Part shown: piece by piece, positions 18,101 to 24,216 of the stretch | Numbering within the stretch: the first letter of the stretch is position 1 | Layout of the letters: each line of letters opens with the position of its first letter | DNA from: a virus | Lineage: Duplodnaviria; Caudoviricetes | Virus record (IMG/VR): IMGVR_UViG_3300020045_011289 | Span: 1 to 24,216 of that record | DNA length: 24,216 nt | Reading direction: 5' to 3' (one strand) | Translations under genes and position numbers: made by a program | Notes under the pieces: model-generated | Databases searched by the model: none | What the model was told of the DNA's origin: nothing | What the model saw: only the letters and a program-made list of their open reading frames with translations

Positions 18101-18867
18101 ACTTAGAGCCTGTCAAGACCGTGGTTTCCGGCGATCTATGGGCCAAGGTTATCTTCTCCGGCAACGTGGCTAGTGGAGCTATCATTGGCTGCCTTTTCTC
18201 AGGGGCACCAGAGGCCAGCGGAATTTTCTCGGGCAACCCTTTGTTTTCCGGGGTGCGTGATTGTCTACCCTACAATATTGCCAGTGGTACGCTGTGTGGT
18301 TGTTTGCTGGCCTCTGGCACCGTCCATAGTGGTCATCTTTATGTAGCCGGGGAACCCAGGGCCTTTACCTTCCTACGCGCTACCGATGAGGCTTTCCCAG
18401 GTATCCAAAATTTTGCCTGGTCCCAAGTACACGCGGCCAACGTTTATAGCGGTAGGGTTTCTGGAACCTCTGTAGTAGGCTTTCAGGTCAATACCAGAGA
18501 ATTCGAGCAGACCGCAGCTGGCGTTTTGTTTTGGGGATCAGTCAAGAATCAATCGGCCACCTTTAGTGCTTCCGGCTCTCCTATGATCGTCCAATTGTCC
18601 TGGAGTGACTACTGGGGCAATATGTCCTACTACCAAGCTCTGCTGGGGCCTATGATTATTGCCAGCGGAGAGACTTTCAGTGGCTCCCCCCATGATGCCA
18701 TCAACCTGAGTGGCTTCCTTGGTTTTGATAGTAAGATTCCTACCTACCAGGAGAGCCATAGTGGCCCGGTGTATCAGCCTATTCTTTCCGGCAGTATCAC
18801 GGTAAGAAATGCCAGCGGCCCGGATTTTGAGTCAGATTATGGTATCAATGTAACCCGTATCGGATAG
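15181..18867 (+). CDS. large tail hub/fiber protein (1228 aa) with Ser-Gly-rich C-terminal receptor-binding-like region
   Basis: The N-terminal third has hub-like motifs (VTLVDERWYW, VLDAIAANLGLTLV..DG). The C-terminal part has a GQPVYI...GLAT...G.I...G...TVGDRVYL domain typical of fiber/cement folds, plus [IVL]xSG repeats. Confidence 0.7.
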   Translation: MASFTYKLTYAGIPFVTDVARTIPLASEMRGGTNPKDQPPAKHQVELDLVDELNRLLPWQYLADFAPPSQYPGRNLAAVARAYDVGPYPNATVRIGDYYYPTGAARWGVFRGLATSSMVKEMVALSFANATTTAKEFVMQAVPQLVNGANEIEYTVTTDLYMLPPRPLAEHGANFDGLFLVTLVDERWYWQYKSVSLSPREGPVGRTSWNNLISTVATALGISLSATIADDYLYPEPDSQLFCREQNAAVVLDAIAANLGLTLVRKLDGTFSLLTNTASQTLVNSNRGTATDCIRTAGGDLFSTVTQLPAGILTSAKNAILPANIKVCFPAYIEPRYSGPGAGDSNDPSASGKAPIPYLVNARYANKRPSTQYEDGFGSVWTKTIAISAAGSNYTGLGGLGTHTIHSTAKALFDCEADLSGNPRNNTELSALALQLAKNYWDGLSLSALDEVYPGTYAWSPEGYNDIIWTYSSRSRLASTRVFRSEWNQIVREYQHSTTRVPRGVGGPSIPLTIRDSFSGDISHTVTNLYSGSYTAIFDSVTSLPTQNRWKGLVNSTERVLFEGTSGGTTVDVVQRGIDGTEMGNWVSVTCTQITGNTTYGINLETTEKMQFVYPAEWTSGGLQGIRRVPQTQTVMALSDEYTTIQGLRHHSGYVESFDSVNNTYPNQELIWIIERNEAGVTSGRRYDGQIAGYAAGTPPIRPVYLVNEGETATGTVYVTLGTNQTDYTLPNARRLVITTSGRFRFFSFAPSVNRKIEIINQGPDKIIYEGESPFGTAAGRIAIPFNPTPTLYLSGGAPETDPSSRYQADCMQHPNQTLVLEYVGAGTSGGKYKIENPPAKHTVRTVYFTDSVAVGQPVYIRSGVGYSGLPQVTIAQANFDVSGVQQRHPTMGLATNTFTSGEIGEITTEGPLYNVDTRNFTVGDRVYLNVSGSAFFTATPLGMASGTNGMGSGIQQPIGHVTTVGQSGSIHVHLEPVKTVVSGDLWAKVIFSGNVASGAIIGCLFSGAPEASGIFSGNPLFSGVRDCLPYNIASGTLCGCLLASGTVHSGHLYVAGEPRAFTFLRATDEAFPGIQNFAWSQVHAANVYSGRVSGTSVVGFQVNTREFEQTAAGVLFWGSVKNQSATFSASGSPMIVQLSWSDYWGNMSYYQALLGPMIIASGETFSGSPHDAINLSGFLGFDSKIPTYQESHSGPVYQPILSGSITVRNASGPDFESDYGINVTRIG

Positions 18868-18871
18868 CCCT

Positions 18872-19732
18872 ATGCCGTCTATAAAGCCTCCCAGTACAGT
18901 AGACAAGGTAGAGGTCTTAGCTACCTCTCCCATTGTTGCTACCCTGGATAAGACGGTTCGCTATTTACCAGCAATCAATATCCATACCATCAAAGGGAGA
19001 GAAATAGCCCTCTATGAAGATGGCGTGTGTGGTGAGATGGGGAGCGATACCTTTGAGAGATTTGAGACTTTGCTTGTCCAGCACCTAGTACGACCTGGAG
19101 ACATTTGCTTGGATGTAGGAGCCCACGTTGGCTATTATACACTACTGCTCTCCGAGCTTGTTGGCAAGGATGGTTTGGTCTTAGCCTATGAGCCAAGCCT
19201 GGAAAATTTTCAAATGCTCTCCTTTAATGTTAGACAAGCGAAGTGTGACAACACACTTTTGCAGCCTATCGGACTGTCAGACCAGCATGAAGAGCTAGAG
19301 CTATCCTATGGCAAAAACAATTCGGGTGATAACAGGTTATGGCGTGATACCAACCAAATGCCTGGCCCACAAATTACTTTGGAGCGCGCGGATGTTATAA
19401 TACCAATTTGGCTAACCCCCGACTTTATCAAGATTGATACCCAGGGGTGGGAAAGCCATGTTCTACGAGGTTTGCAGAAAAGGCTAACCAAGCCCAGCCT
19501 AAAAATGCTTATTGAATTTTGGCCTTACGGCTTGCGTGGAGCCGGTGGTACGGTTAAGGAATTTGCCACGCTGTTGCAAGATTTCACTTTGTTTCTACTG
19601 GATAGCAATGCCCATACTATGATGAGGCTAGGCAGCCCTGGGAACACCTTGGAAGATTTAGACAACAAAAACAATGACCACTTTTACAACCTATTAGCCC
19701 TGAAGGAGGTTCCCTGTGGCTATCCGAACTGA
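18872..19732 (+). CDS. FkbM-family SAM-dependent methyltransferase
   Basis: RPGDICLDVGAHVGYYTL, VLAYEPS..NF, DFIKIDTQGWE..VLRG, IEFWP. Confidence 0.9.
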   Translation: MPSIKPPSTVDKVEVLATSPIVATLDKTVRYLPAINIHTIKGREIALYEDGVCGEMGSDTFERFETLLVQHLVRPGDICLDVGAHVGYYTLLLSELVGKDGLVLAYEPSLENFQMLSFNVRQAKCDNTLLQPIGLSDQHEELELSYGKNNSGDNRLWRDTNQMPGPQITLERADVIIPIWLTPDFIKIDTQGWESHVLRGLQKRLTKPSLKMLIEFWPYGLRGAGGTVKEFATLLQDFTLFLLDSNAHTMMRLGSPGNTLEDLDNKNNDHFYNLLALKEVPCGYPN

Positions 19733-20051
19733 TTTTAGCTTTATCCGCCTGGAGGATGGCGTACTGGCTGTGAGTATGTCGCCTCCTACCAATATCACGA
19801 ATTGGAATTTACAGTTTACGCGCTTATTGTTTACCTCTAGCACTACAGCACTTGTAACCAAGAGCGCGGCTAGTGGCTATGCCAGCAACCAAAGCGGTAT
19901 CAACCTCACAGGGCCTACCCAGGGTGTTTTCCAGGTACAAATCAATTCAGCGGATAACTCTGGTGATGTGCGACCTTACTACCATAAGATCGAAAGACTA
20001 GACAGCGGTTATCGAAGTGTATTGGTAGAGGGAACATACTTGTTACGATAG
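19716..20051 (+). CDS. small beta-sandwich virion protein (BppU-N-like)
   Basis: AGGAGG RBS and GTG start; NITNW.LQF, GI.LT.P..G.FQV.I...D, YYH.IER.D, VLVEG pattern. Confidence 0.55.
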   Translation: MAIRTDFSFIRLEDGVLAVSMSPPTNITNWNLQFTRLLFTSSTTALVTKSAASGYASNQSGINLTGPTQGVFQVQINSADNSGDVRPYYHKIERLDSGYRSVLVEGTYLLR

Positions 20052-20086
20052 GTATAATAGGTCTACCTTTTACTCAGGAGAACATC

Positions 20087-20584
20087 ATGGGCTTTTTCAG
20101 TAAGATTGCGGGTAAGATTGCTGGACTATTAGGCAAGAAAAAGCCTACCCCAGCCAAGAAACAGAGGGACCAAGGACGATTTGGGAGAACACATGGGGGC
20201 GGAACCTACGGCAACTTGGGCGTTGCAGCCGGTTCGCTAAAACCAAGAGCCGACTTTGCTACCTCTGGCAAAACAGAGGCTGACCTAAGCCCAGAGAATG
20301 TAGCCAAGTGGCGAAGCCTCACCAAAGAGGAAGCGGAAGGTTTCCTCAATGGTGAGATTCTTTTTGTGCATAGCAGTAATGTTGCGGCCATGCAGTGGCA
20401 TGAAGAAACTAGCCAATTGATGGTAGAGTTCCTCAATGGTAGCGCGTATCTGTATGACAATTGTGATGAACGAATTGCTGTAGAGGCACTAAACTCGTTT
20501 TCAAAAGGAAATTTTATTTGGAACGAGATGCGCGTAAGAGGGTCTAAGACAGCCCACAAGCGACCATATCGCCGTCTACGCTAA
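20087..20584 (+). CDS. KTSC-domain protein with basic amphipathic N-terminus
   Basis: AGGAG RBS. SSNVAAMQW.E....LMVEFLNGSAYLYDN........L.S.SKG.FIW is the KTSC signature. Confidence 0.85.
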   Translation: MGFFSKIAGKIAGLLGKKKPTPAKKQRDQGRFGRTHGGGTYGNLGVAAGSLKPRADFATSGKTEADLSPENVAKWRSLTKEEAEGFLNGEILFVHSSNVAAMQWHEETSQLMVEFLNGSAYLYDNCDERIAVEALNSFSKGNFIWNEMRVRGSKTAHKRPYRRLR

Positions 20585-21120
20585 ACGATTGTTCTCCATA
20601 TTTCCCCTCGCTTTATTTTGATAACAAATTTCGGGGTTTCGTGCATCGCCCTAGCTATATCAACGCTCCTTACACCATTCCTTAATAGGCGTTTTATCTC
20701 TCTAATCTTCTCATTTGTTCGCCTTGACCTTGCTCTATCCTCTCCGAGTTTTAATTTCCCATTCCGCATAGCGTCCGCAAGGTTTTCTTTTCTTGTTCCA
20801 TACTCTAAGTTTTCCAGTCTGTTATCATTGCCAACGTCATTAAGATGCCTAACCTCTTCCCCTTCAGGGCATGGCCCAACAAACGCCAAAAGAACAAGTT
20901 GATGAACGAAGAACCTCTCGGGCTTTCCTACCTCTCGGAATAAATCAACATAAGTATGTTTATACTTAGCCCTTGTTTTTGGCTTCATTACCCACCAAGG
21001 GCCTGTTCTACGGGTTTTTGACCCGTAGACCCGATTGCTGTAGACTACGCCATCCGCGCTTACTACATAGTTGGGGAAGCCTGGAATTGGTTTAGTGCCA
21101 TGAGGTGGAACGTAAGGCAT
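20581..21120 (-). CDS. NUMOD4-HNH homing endonuclease with C-terminal HTH-like segment
   Basis: KPIPGFPNYVVSADGVVYS (NUMOD4); VHQLVLLAFVGPCPEG..VRHLND...DNRLENLEYGTRKEN (HNH). Confidence 0.9.
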   Translation of the reverse strand: MPYVPPHGTKPIPGFPNYVVSADGVVYSNRVYGSKTRRTGPWWVMKPKTRAKYKHTYVDLFREVGKPERFFVHQLVLLAFVGPCPEGEEVRHLNDVGNDNRLENLEYGTRKENLADAMRNGKLKLGEDRARSRRTNEKIREIKRLLRNGVRSVDIARAMHETPKFVIKIKRGEIWRTIV

Positions 21121-21220
21121 GACCTACCCCTTTAGTAGACCTTAAAAAGAGGTGTGGCAGGCAGTAAGGTGCTGCTCTTCGGATGCCTCCTAGCCACACC
21201 CCTAGTCTACCAAGGGAGTC
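21121..21220 (-). promoter_or_regulatory. long stem-loop in the 5' leader of the HNH gene
   Basis: Nested inverted repeats: GGTGTGGC 21151-21158 / GCCACACC 21193-21200, GTAGAC 21135-21140 / GTCTAC 21205-21210, AGGCA / TGCCT, CCCTT / AAGGG. Confidence 0.6.
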
Positions 21221-21815
21221 AAGAGGTAGCAAAAGCCTTAGTAACAACTTCGGCAAAATCTTCCCTAGCTCGAATTTTTACGTTGGCTATGTGCCAAACG
21301 CTACTAGGGGAAAAATCATTCAGTAGATGTATAGTAGCCCACATGGCAGCATAAGCATTATAGCAGTTGGGTTTGTATTTCCTGGTTGGCAAGAATTCTC
21401 TTAGGGCCTGTTTGGCCTCCTCCCTACCGCTGGGGTCCAGGTCCTCTAGTACCTTCCTCACTGGTTGCGGTATGGTTATCTCTTCCTCTAAACCAAGAAC
21501 ACAGTCGGCAGCAAACCGCAATAAATGACCCCTCATAGGTACGCGCTTATTGATTCTTCTCCGCTGACCTACACATTTTGCCATCGGTGGACCACCCTTT
21601 TTTAGATCACCCTCTAGGTCTACCTGGCACAGATATAGCTCGGAATATGGCATAACATAAGGGCCATAATAGAGAGCATCAAAGGGGTGCTCAGAGCAGT
21701 GGTAGCCAACCTCGCAAAGTACCGTCTCCCTGTCAGTAGACAGCCAAACTCCATTGGGTGGAATCGAAGTACCGTCGAATAGGGCTTCCCCCACAAAGTG
21801 ATAACCGGAAATCAT
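21219..21815 (-). CDS. conserved-type phage hypothetical protein (C-x-x-G-Y-H-C domain plus helical C-terminus)
   Basis: LCEVGYHCSEHPFDAL.Y....LCQVDLEG..K.V pattern is common in phage accessory proteins; ATGA overlap with the sigma gene. Confidence 0.65.
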   Translation of the reverse strand: MISGYHFVGEALFDGTSIPPNGVWLSTDRETVLCEVGYHCSEHPFDALYYGPYVMPYSELYLCQVDLEGDLKKGGPPMAKCVGQRRRINKRVPMRGHLLRFAADCVLGLEEEITIPQPVRKVLEDLDPSGREEAKQALREFLPTRKYKPNCYNAYAAMWATIHLLNDFSPSSVWHIANVKIRAREDFAEVVTKAFATS

Positions 21816-22396
21816 GCTATACCCCTGTGTAAGACTTGCCTCTCTGCAAACCTAGCTTGTACGCGCATTCTCTCTAACGCTCTTAGCCGTACCTGGGCTA
21901 CCGCTTGCCGGCTAACCCCCTGTAGCTCCGCATATTCCATCTCCGACCTTATCTCCTTGCCGTTTAGCCCATACAGAGCAACGATGGTTTGATACTCCCG
22001 TGGAGGTAGACCACTCAGGGCAATTTCAGCATCTAATCTAGCTATAGCCTGCTCTGAATTATCAGGCACAGCAAGGCTATTTGCATGGATATGTTTTGGC
22101 TTCCTATGAGCAAACTTCCCTTCTTTCTTCCGTTCCTTGTCCCTCCAACAACTGCTGGGAACATGGATATTACAATAGTTGTCCCCCAATTTCTGTAGCT
22201 CCCGGTAGACCACGGTATATACCAGGGTACTCATGGCCCCCAGGTCGGGGTTATAAGTTGGGAAAGCCTTTAGGAGAGCCAGGTAAGCGGTTTGCCGGCA
22301 ATCCTCAAACGGCACATGTTTATAGTATTTCTTCCGTATTTTCCCCATTGCAGCCAGTGCCAAAGGTTGATATTTCGCAAATTCTTCGTTTGTCAT
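21812..22396 (-). CDS. phage-encoded sigma-70-family RNA polymerase sigma factor (regions 2 and 4)
   Basis: Region 2: FEDCRQTAYLALLKAFPTYNP...STLV. Region 4: LPPREYQTIVALYGL...YAELQGVSRQAVAQVRLRALERMR. ATG at 22396 has GGAG upstream (alternative start 22408). Confidence 0.85.
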   Translation of the reverse strand: MTNEEFAKYQPLALAAMGKIRKKYYKHVPFEDCRQTAYLALLKAFPTYNPDLGAMSTLVYTVVYRELQKLGDNYCNIHVPSSCWRDKERKKEGKFAHRKPKHIHANSLAVPDNSEQAIARLDAEIALSGLPPREYQTIVALYGLNGKEIRSEMEYAELQGVSRQAVAQVRLRALERMRVQARFAERQVLHRGIA

Positions 22397-22558
22397 GGCT
22401 ATCTCCATACAACCAGGGTTATAACATGCCAGGCAAGGCCCCTAGCGTGCCTTGGGAGGCGTTATTATTGGTTAGCCGGGGTTGGGTTAGGCTTTACCAA
22501 ATAGATGGCTTACAGGGCTTACCAGGGGCCTTAAAACGGTATTACCAAGTTATACTAA

Positions 22559-22759
22559 TTAGCCAGCCCCGTGTACATAAAAGGCCATAGGCCCAGCTTC
22601 CGAGAGGAGAAATTCTTTAGGTACTTCATCTATATCCGGATGATCGAATCCCACCCTCTCTCGGAGGAGTCTACGCGCCTCCTCTAGGTCAGGGGCTATC
22701 ACTACGGCCAATCCGTCCGTATAATCGCAAAAATACCCCTCCCAAACAAACAATTTCAT
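22559..22759 (-). CDS. small phage hypothetical protein (66 aa)
   Basis: GGTGAG RBS; ATGA overlap; MKLFVWE...DYTDGLAVVIA.DLEEAR pattern. Confidence 0.7.
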   Translation of the reverse strand: MKLFVWEGYFCDYTDGLAVVIAPDLEEARRLLRERVGFDHPDIDEVPKEFLLSEAGPMAFYVHGAG

Positions 22760-22980
22760 ATCTCACCTTTCCCTTGTATTGGTTGACCCTCAAAAACAAT
22801 CTCCGGTAGGCTCCCGGTCCACCGCCGGCAATACTCGATACCCTCCCCGATCCGATCTGCAGTAGTTTTACCTGGGATGAGGTTATCAGCCCACCAGACC
22901 AGTTGCCCTCCACACCAAAGTTCTATCCAGGGGTTGCGGATGCAAATTTTGGCAAAGCCGTCATACTGGGGTAAGCGCAT
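22756..22980 (-). CDS. small hypothetical protein (74 aa)
   Basis: GGAGG upstream; tightly packed in the minus-strand run. Confidence 0.6.
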   Translation of the reverse strand: MRLPQYDGFAKICIRNPWIELWCGGQLVWWADNLIPGKTTADRIGEGIEYCRRWTGSLPEIVFEGQPIQGKGEI

Positions 22981-22982
22981 AT

Positions 22983-23216
22983 CTAATCCTCCTGGATAAG
23001 CCGAACGATTTTCAGTCGATTCATTGCCTCTATCTTCCGGTCTAAACGTAACTTTTCCTCTATTAGGTGCCCACCCAGATAGCCATCATCGAGGAGTTCT
23101 TTATTACGCGCTTTGTCCAGGGCATCCATATGGAGCCAGTGGGGTTCACTATGAGTGATGCAATCACAGCCCTTTTCCAGTACAACAATTGATCCATCTG
23201 CAAGTTCAGCTTTCAT
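22983..23216 (-). CDS. small hypothetical protein (77 aa; C-x-C-x-x-H-x-x-x-H-x-x-H)
   Basis: AGGAGG RBS; possible metal-binding Cys/His cluster. Confidence 0.7.
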   Translation of the reverse strand: MKAELADGSIVVLEKGCDCITHSEPHWLHMDALDKARNKELLDDGYLGGHLIEEKLRLDRKIEAMNRLKIVRLIQED

Positions 23217-23243
23217 GGTACCTCCTGAGAAAAAAATGGTAAT

Positions 23244-23450
23244 TCACTTCGCTCTGTGCCTGTATTCCTTGATAACCCGATATTTCTCGGAGAACTCCAC
23301 CGGGCCTAAATCGAAAAATCCAATCGGCGACGGATGCACCCGCACGAAATCTCCGCGTAGCGAACTGCCTTTTCCACGAATTCGCTGGAAAAGCACTCGT
23401 ACCGAATGTTTTTTCGTCTCAGCAACCCCAGTCGAAATTTCAATTGTCAT
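23244..23450 (-). CDS. small hypothetical protein (68 aa)
   Basis: GAGGT RBS about 6 nt upstream; fills the gap in the minus-strand run. Confidence 0.55.
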   Translation of the reverse strand: MTIEISTGVAETKKHSVRVLFQRIRGKGSSLRGDFVRVHPSPIGFFDLGPVEFSEKYRVIKEYRHRAK

Positions 23451-23498
23451 ATGTTATACCTCAAAAAGTGGGGCATCCGTGCCCTAGGGGAAGTATTG

Positions 23499-23693
23499 TT
23501 AGCACGCCTTAATAGTTTTTCGTGTAGTTAAGGCTTTTCCAAACTCCCGTTCAAAGCTCTCCAATGCTTGAACTGCGTTATATTCCAGGCTTTGGGAGTT
23601 GTAACAACCGTGGCGAAGGGAGGAAGTATAATACCAATACTCCCTCCCAATCTTCACCAAAACGGCTTTATTGTTGCGGGCTAGTTCAACCAT
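23499..23693 (-). CDS. small hypothetical protein (64 aa)
   Basis: AGGAG RBS; follows the helicase gene. Confidence 0.65.
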   Translation of the reverse strand: MVELARNNKAVLVKIGREYWYYTSSLRHGCYNSQSLEYNAVQALESFEREFGKALTTRKTIKAC

Positions 23694-23708
23694 AGTGTCT
23701 CCTATTTG

Positions 23709-24215
23709 TTATGCCTTTTGGTAAACTACGGCCTCTTCATATTCCGCTTTAATAGCCCCTAGCCTTACGGAACTGGTAGAGCCATCCCGCTTTGTTACTT
23801 CCACGGTTTGCCCAGCATAGCCCTTTGGTCCACGGACCAACCAAGAGCCGTCCTTACCTTTCGACCAGGAGAAGCCCTGGGTAACAGGGGGAACCGCTGG
23901 CGTAGGAGGTAGGGCTACCGTACCCTCCGTGGTAGGTCGGTGGGGGATAATCTCCAGGGCATCCTCACCGGTAAAGAAAGGACATTCGGTAATGTCCAGG
24001 ATGAGCTTCGCACGGGTAACGGCTACATAGAGCAATTTCAGGTCAGCTTCGCAAGCCTTGGATAAGGTCGGGAAATCAGCGGCTAACTTTACGGAATCCC
24101 ACTCTCGGCCCTTGCTATTCCACCCATCAAACCCATTTTGTAAGAACCTGTTTCCGTTTGGAACGCTGACACACATCGTTATTTGCTCGTCCGATTTTTC
24201 AACACTTGAAACCCT
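23709..24215 (-). CDS. 3' end of a UvrD/Rep-like SF1 helicase, interrupted by an intein; truncated at the window edge
   Basis: SKGREWDSV (motif V) and LLYVAVTRAK (motif VI); the frame is open to the window end; Pro-rich linker and small C-terminal beta domain. Confidence 0.85.
   Translation of the reverse strand, partial: RVSSVEKSDEQITMCVSVPNGNRFLQNGFDGWNSKGREWDSVKLAADFPTLSKACEADLKLLYVAVTRAKLILDITECPFFTGEDALEIIPHRPTTEGTVALPPTPAVPPVTQGFSWSKGKDGSWLVRGPKGYAGQTVEVTKRDGSTSSVRLGAIKAEYEEAVVYQKA
24117..24215 (-). mobile_element. intein C-terminal splicing region (blocks F/G)
   Basis: RVSSVEKSDEQITMCVSVPNGNRFLQNGFDGWN|S fits the intein 'V..v......vydl.V.....F.aNG...hN|S' end; the +1 Ser is the Ser of helicase motif V SKG. 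Confidence 0.8.
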
Positions 24216-24216
24216 T

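Larger units (their letters stand above)
2314..23234. repeat. dispersed motif TTTCTCTCAGGA, often as CTAC-N6-TTTCTCTCAGGA
   Basis: Exact 12-mers at 2325, 8901, 11117 and 14735 (+). Near copies at 2427, 15107 and 16729 (+) and at 23223-23234 (-). Confidence 0.8.

Noticed and set aside
18121-18333. SG repeats as a DNA tandem repeat
   Set aside because: Codons differ (TCC, AGT, TCA, AGC, TCG, TCT) and spacing is irregular; the pattern is at protein level.
22428-22460. Hairpin CAAGGC/GCCTTG upstream of the sigma gene as terminator or promoter
   Set aside because: Short stem with no clear U-tract on the coding strand; the nearby TATAAC lacks a correctly spaced -35.
22081-22590. 169-aa plus-strand ORF (also 20618, 21154, 21798, 22292, 23155)
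   Set aside because: Antisense to the sigma, HNH and small minus-strand genes, which have RBSs and family motifs.
1-24216. Stop-codon reassignment, tRNA/rRNA genes, diversity-generating retroelement
   Set aside because: Genes tile densely under the standard code with TAA, TAG and TGA all used as stops; I saw no tRNA cloverleaf, reverse transcriptase or TR/VR pair by eye (tRNAscan not run).
1-24216. Host assignment (structural genes are reminiscent of Planctomycetota prophages)
   Set aside because: Impression only; it needs homology searches or CRISPR spacer matches.

Overview
This is a segment of a tailed dsDNA phage or prophage (HK97-fold head, non-contractile tail, no sheath gene seen). 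The + strand (1-20584) carries the virion module: a 5'-truncated GNAT-like head-region protein, prohead protease, scaffold-like protein, major capsid, decoration protein, head-tail connector and closure, two tail-tube paralogs, a G/GT chaperone with a -1 frameshift, a very short tape-measure-like gene, tail-tip genes, a GT2 glycosyltransferase, a 1228-aa tail/fiber protein, an FkbM methyltransferase and a KTSC protein. The - strand (20581-24216) converges on it with a NUMOD4-HNH endonuclease, a sigma-70-type factor, small ORFs and the 3' end of an SF1 helicase containing an intein C-terminus. Four signals stand out. (1) The protease and scaffold ORFs look like polyproteins of small cargo domains with foreign codon usage, separated by K-[SAG]-[LIF] motifs resembling the HK97 maturation cut site; the two ORFs are in frame and split by one TAA. 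(2) Ser-Gly dipeptides are extremely enriched in predicted surface virion proteins whose gene is flanked by the glycosyltransferase and methyltransferase, suggesting a sequon-based virion glycosylation system. (3) A dispersed, strand-polarised DNA motif CTAC-N6-TTTCTCTCAGGA recurs. (4) There is a mini-duplicate of the tape-measure-like gene. All family calls are from motif recognition by eye; no database searches were run, and counts are manual.
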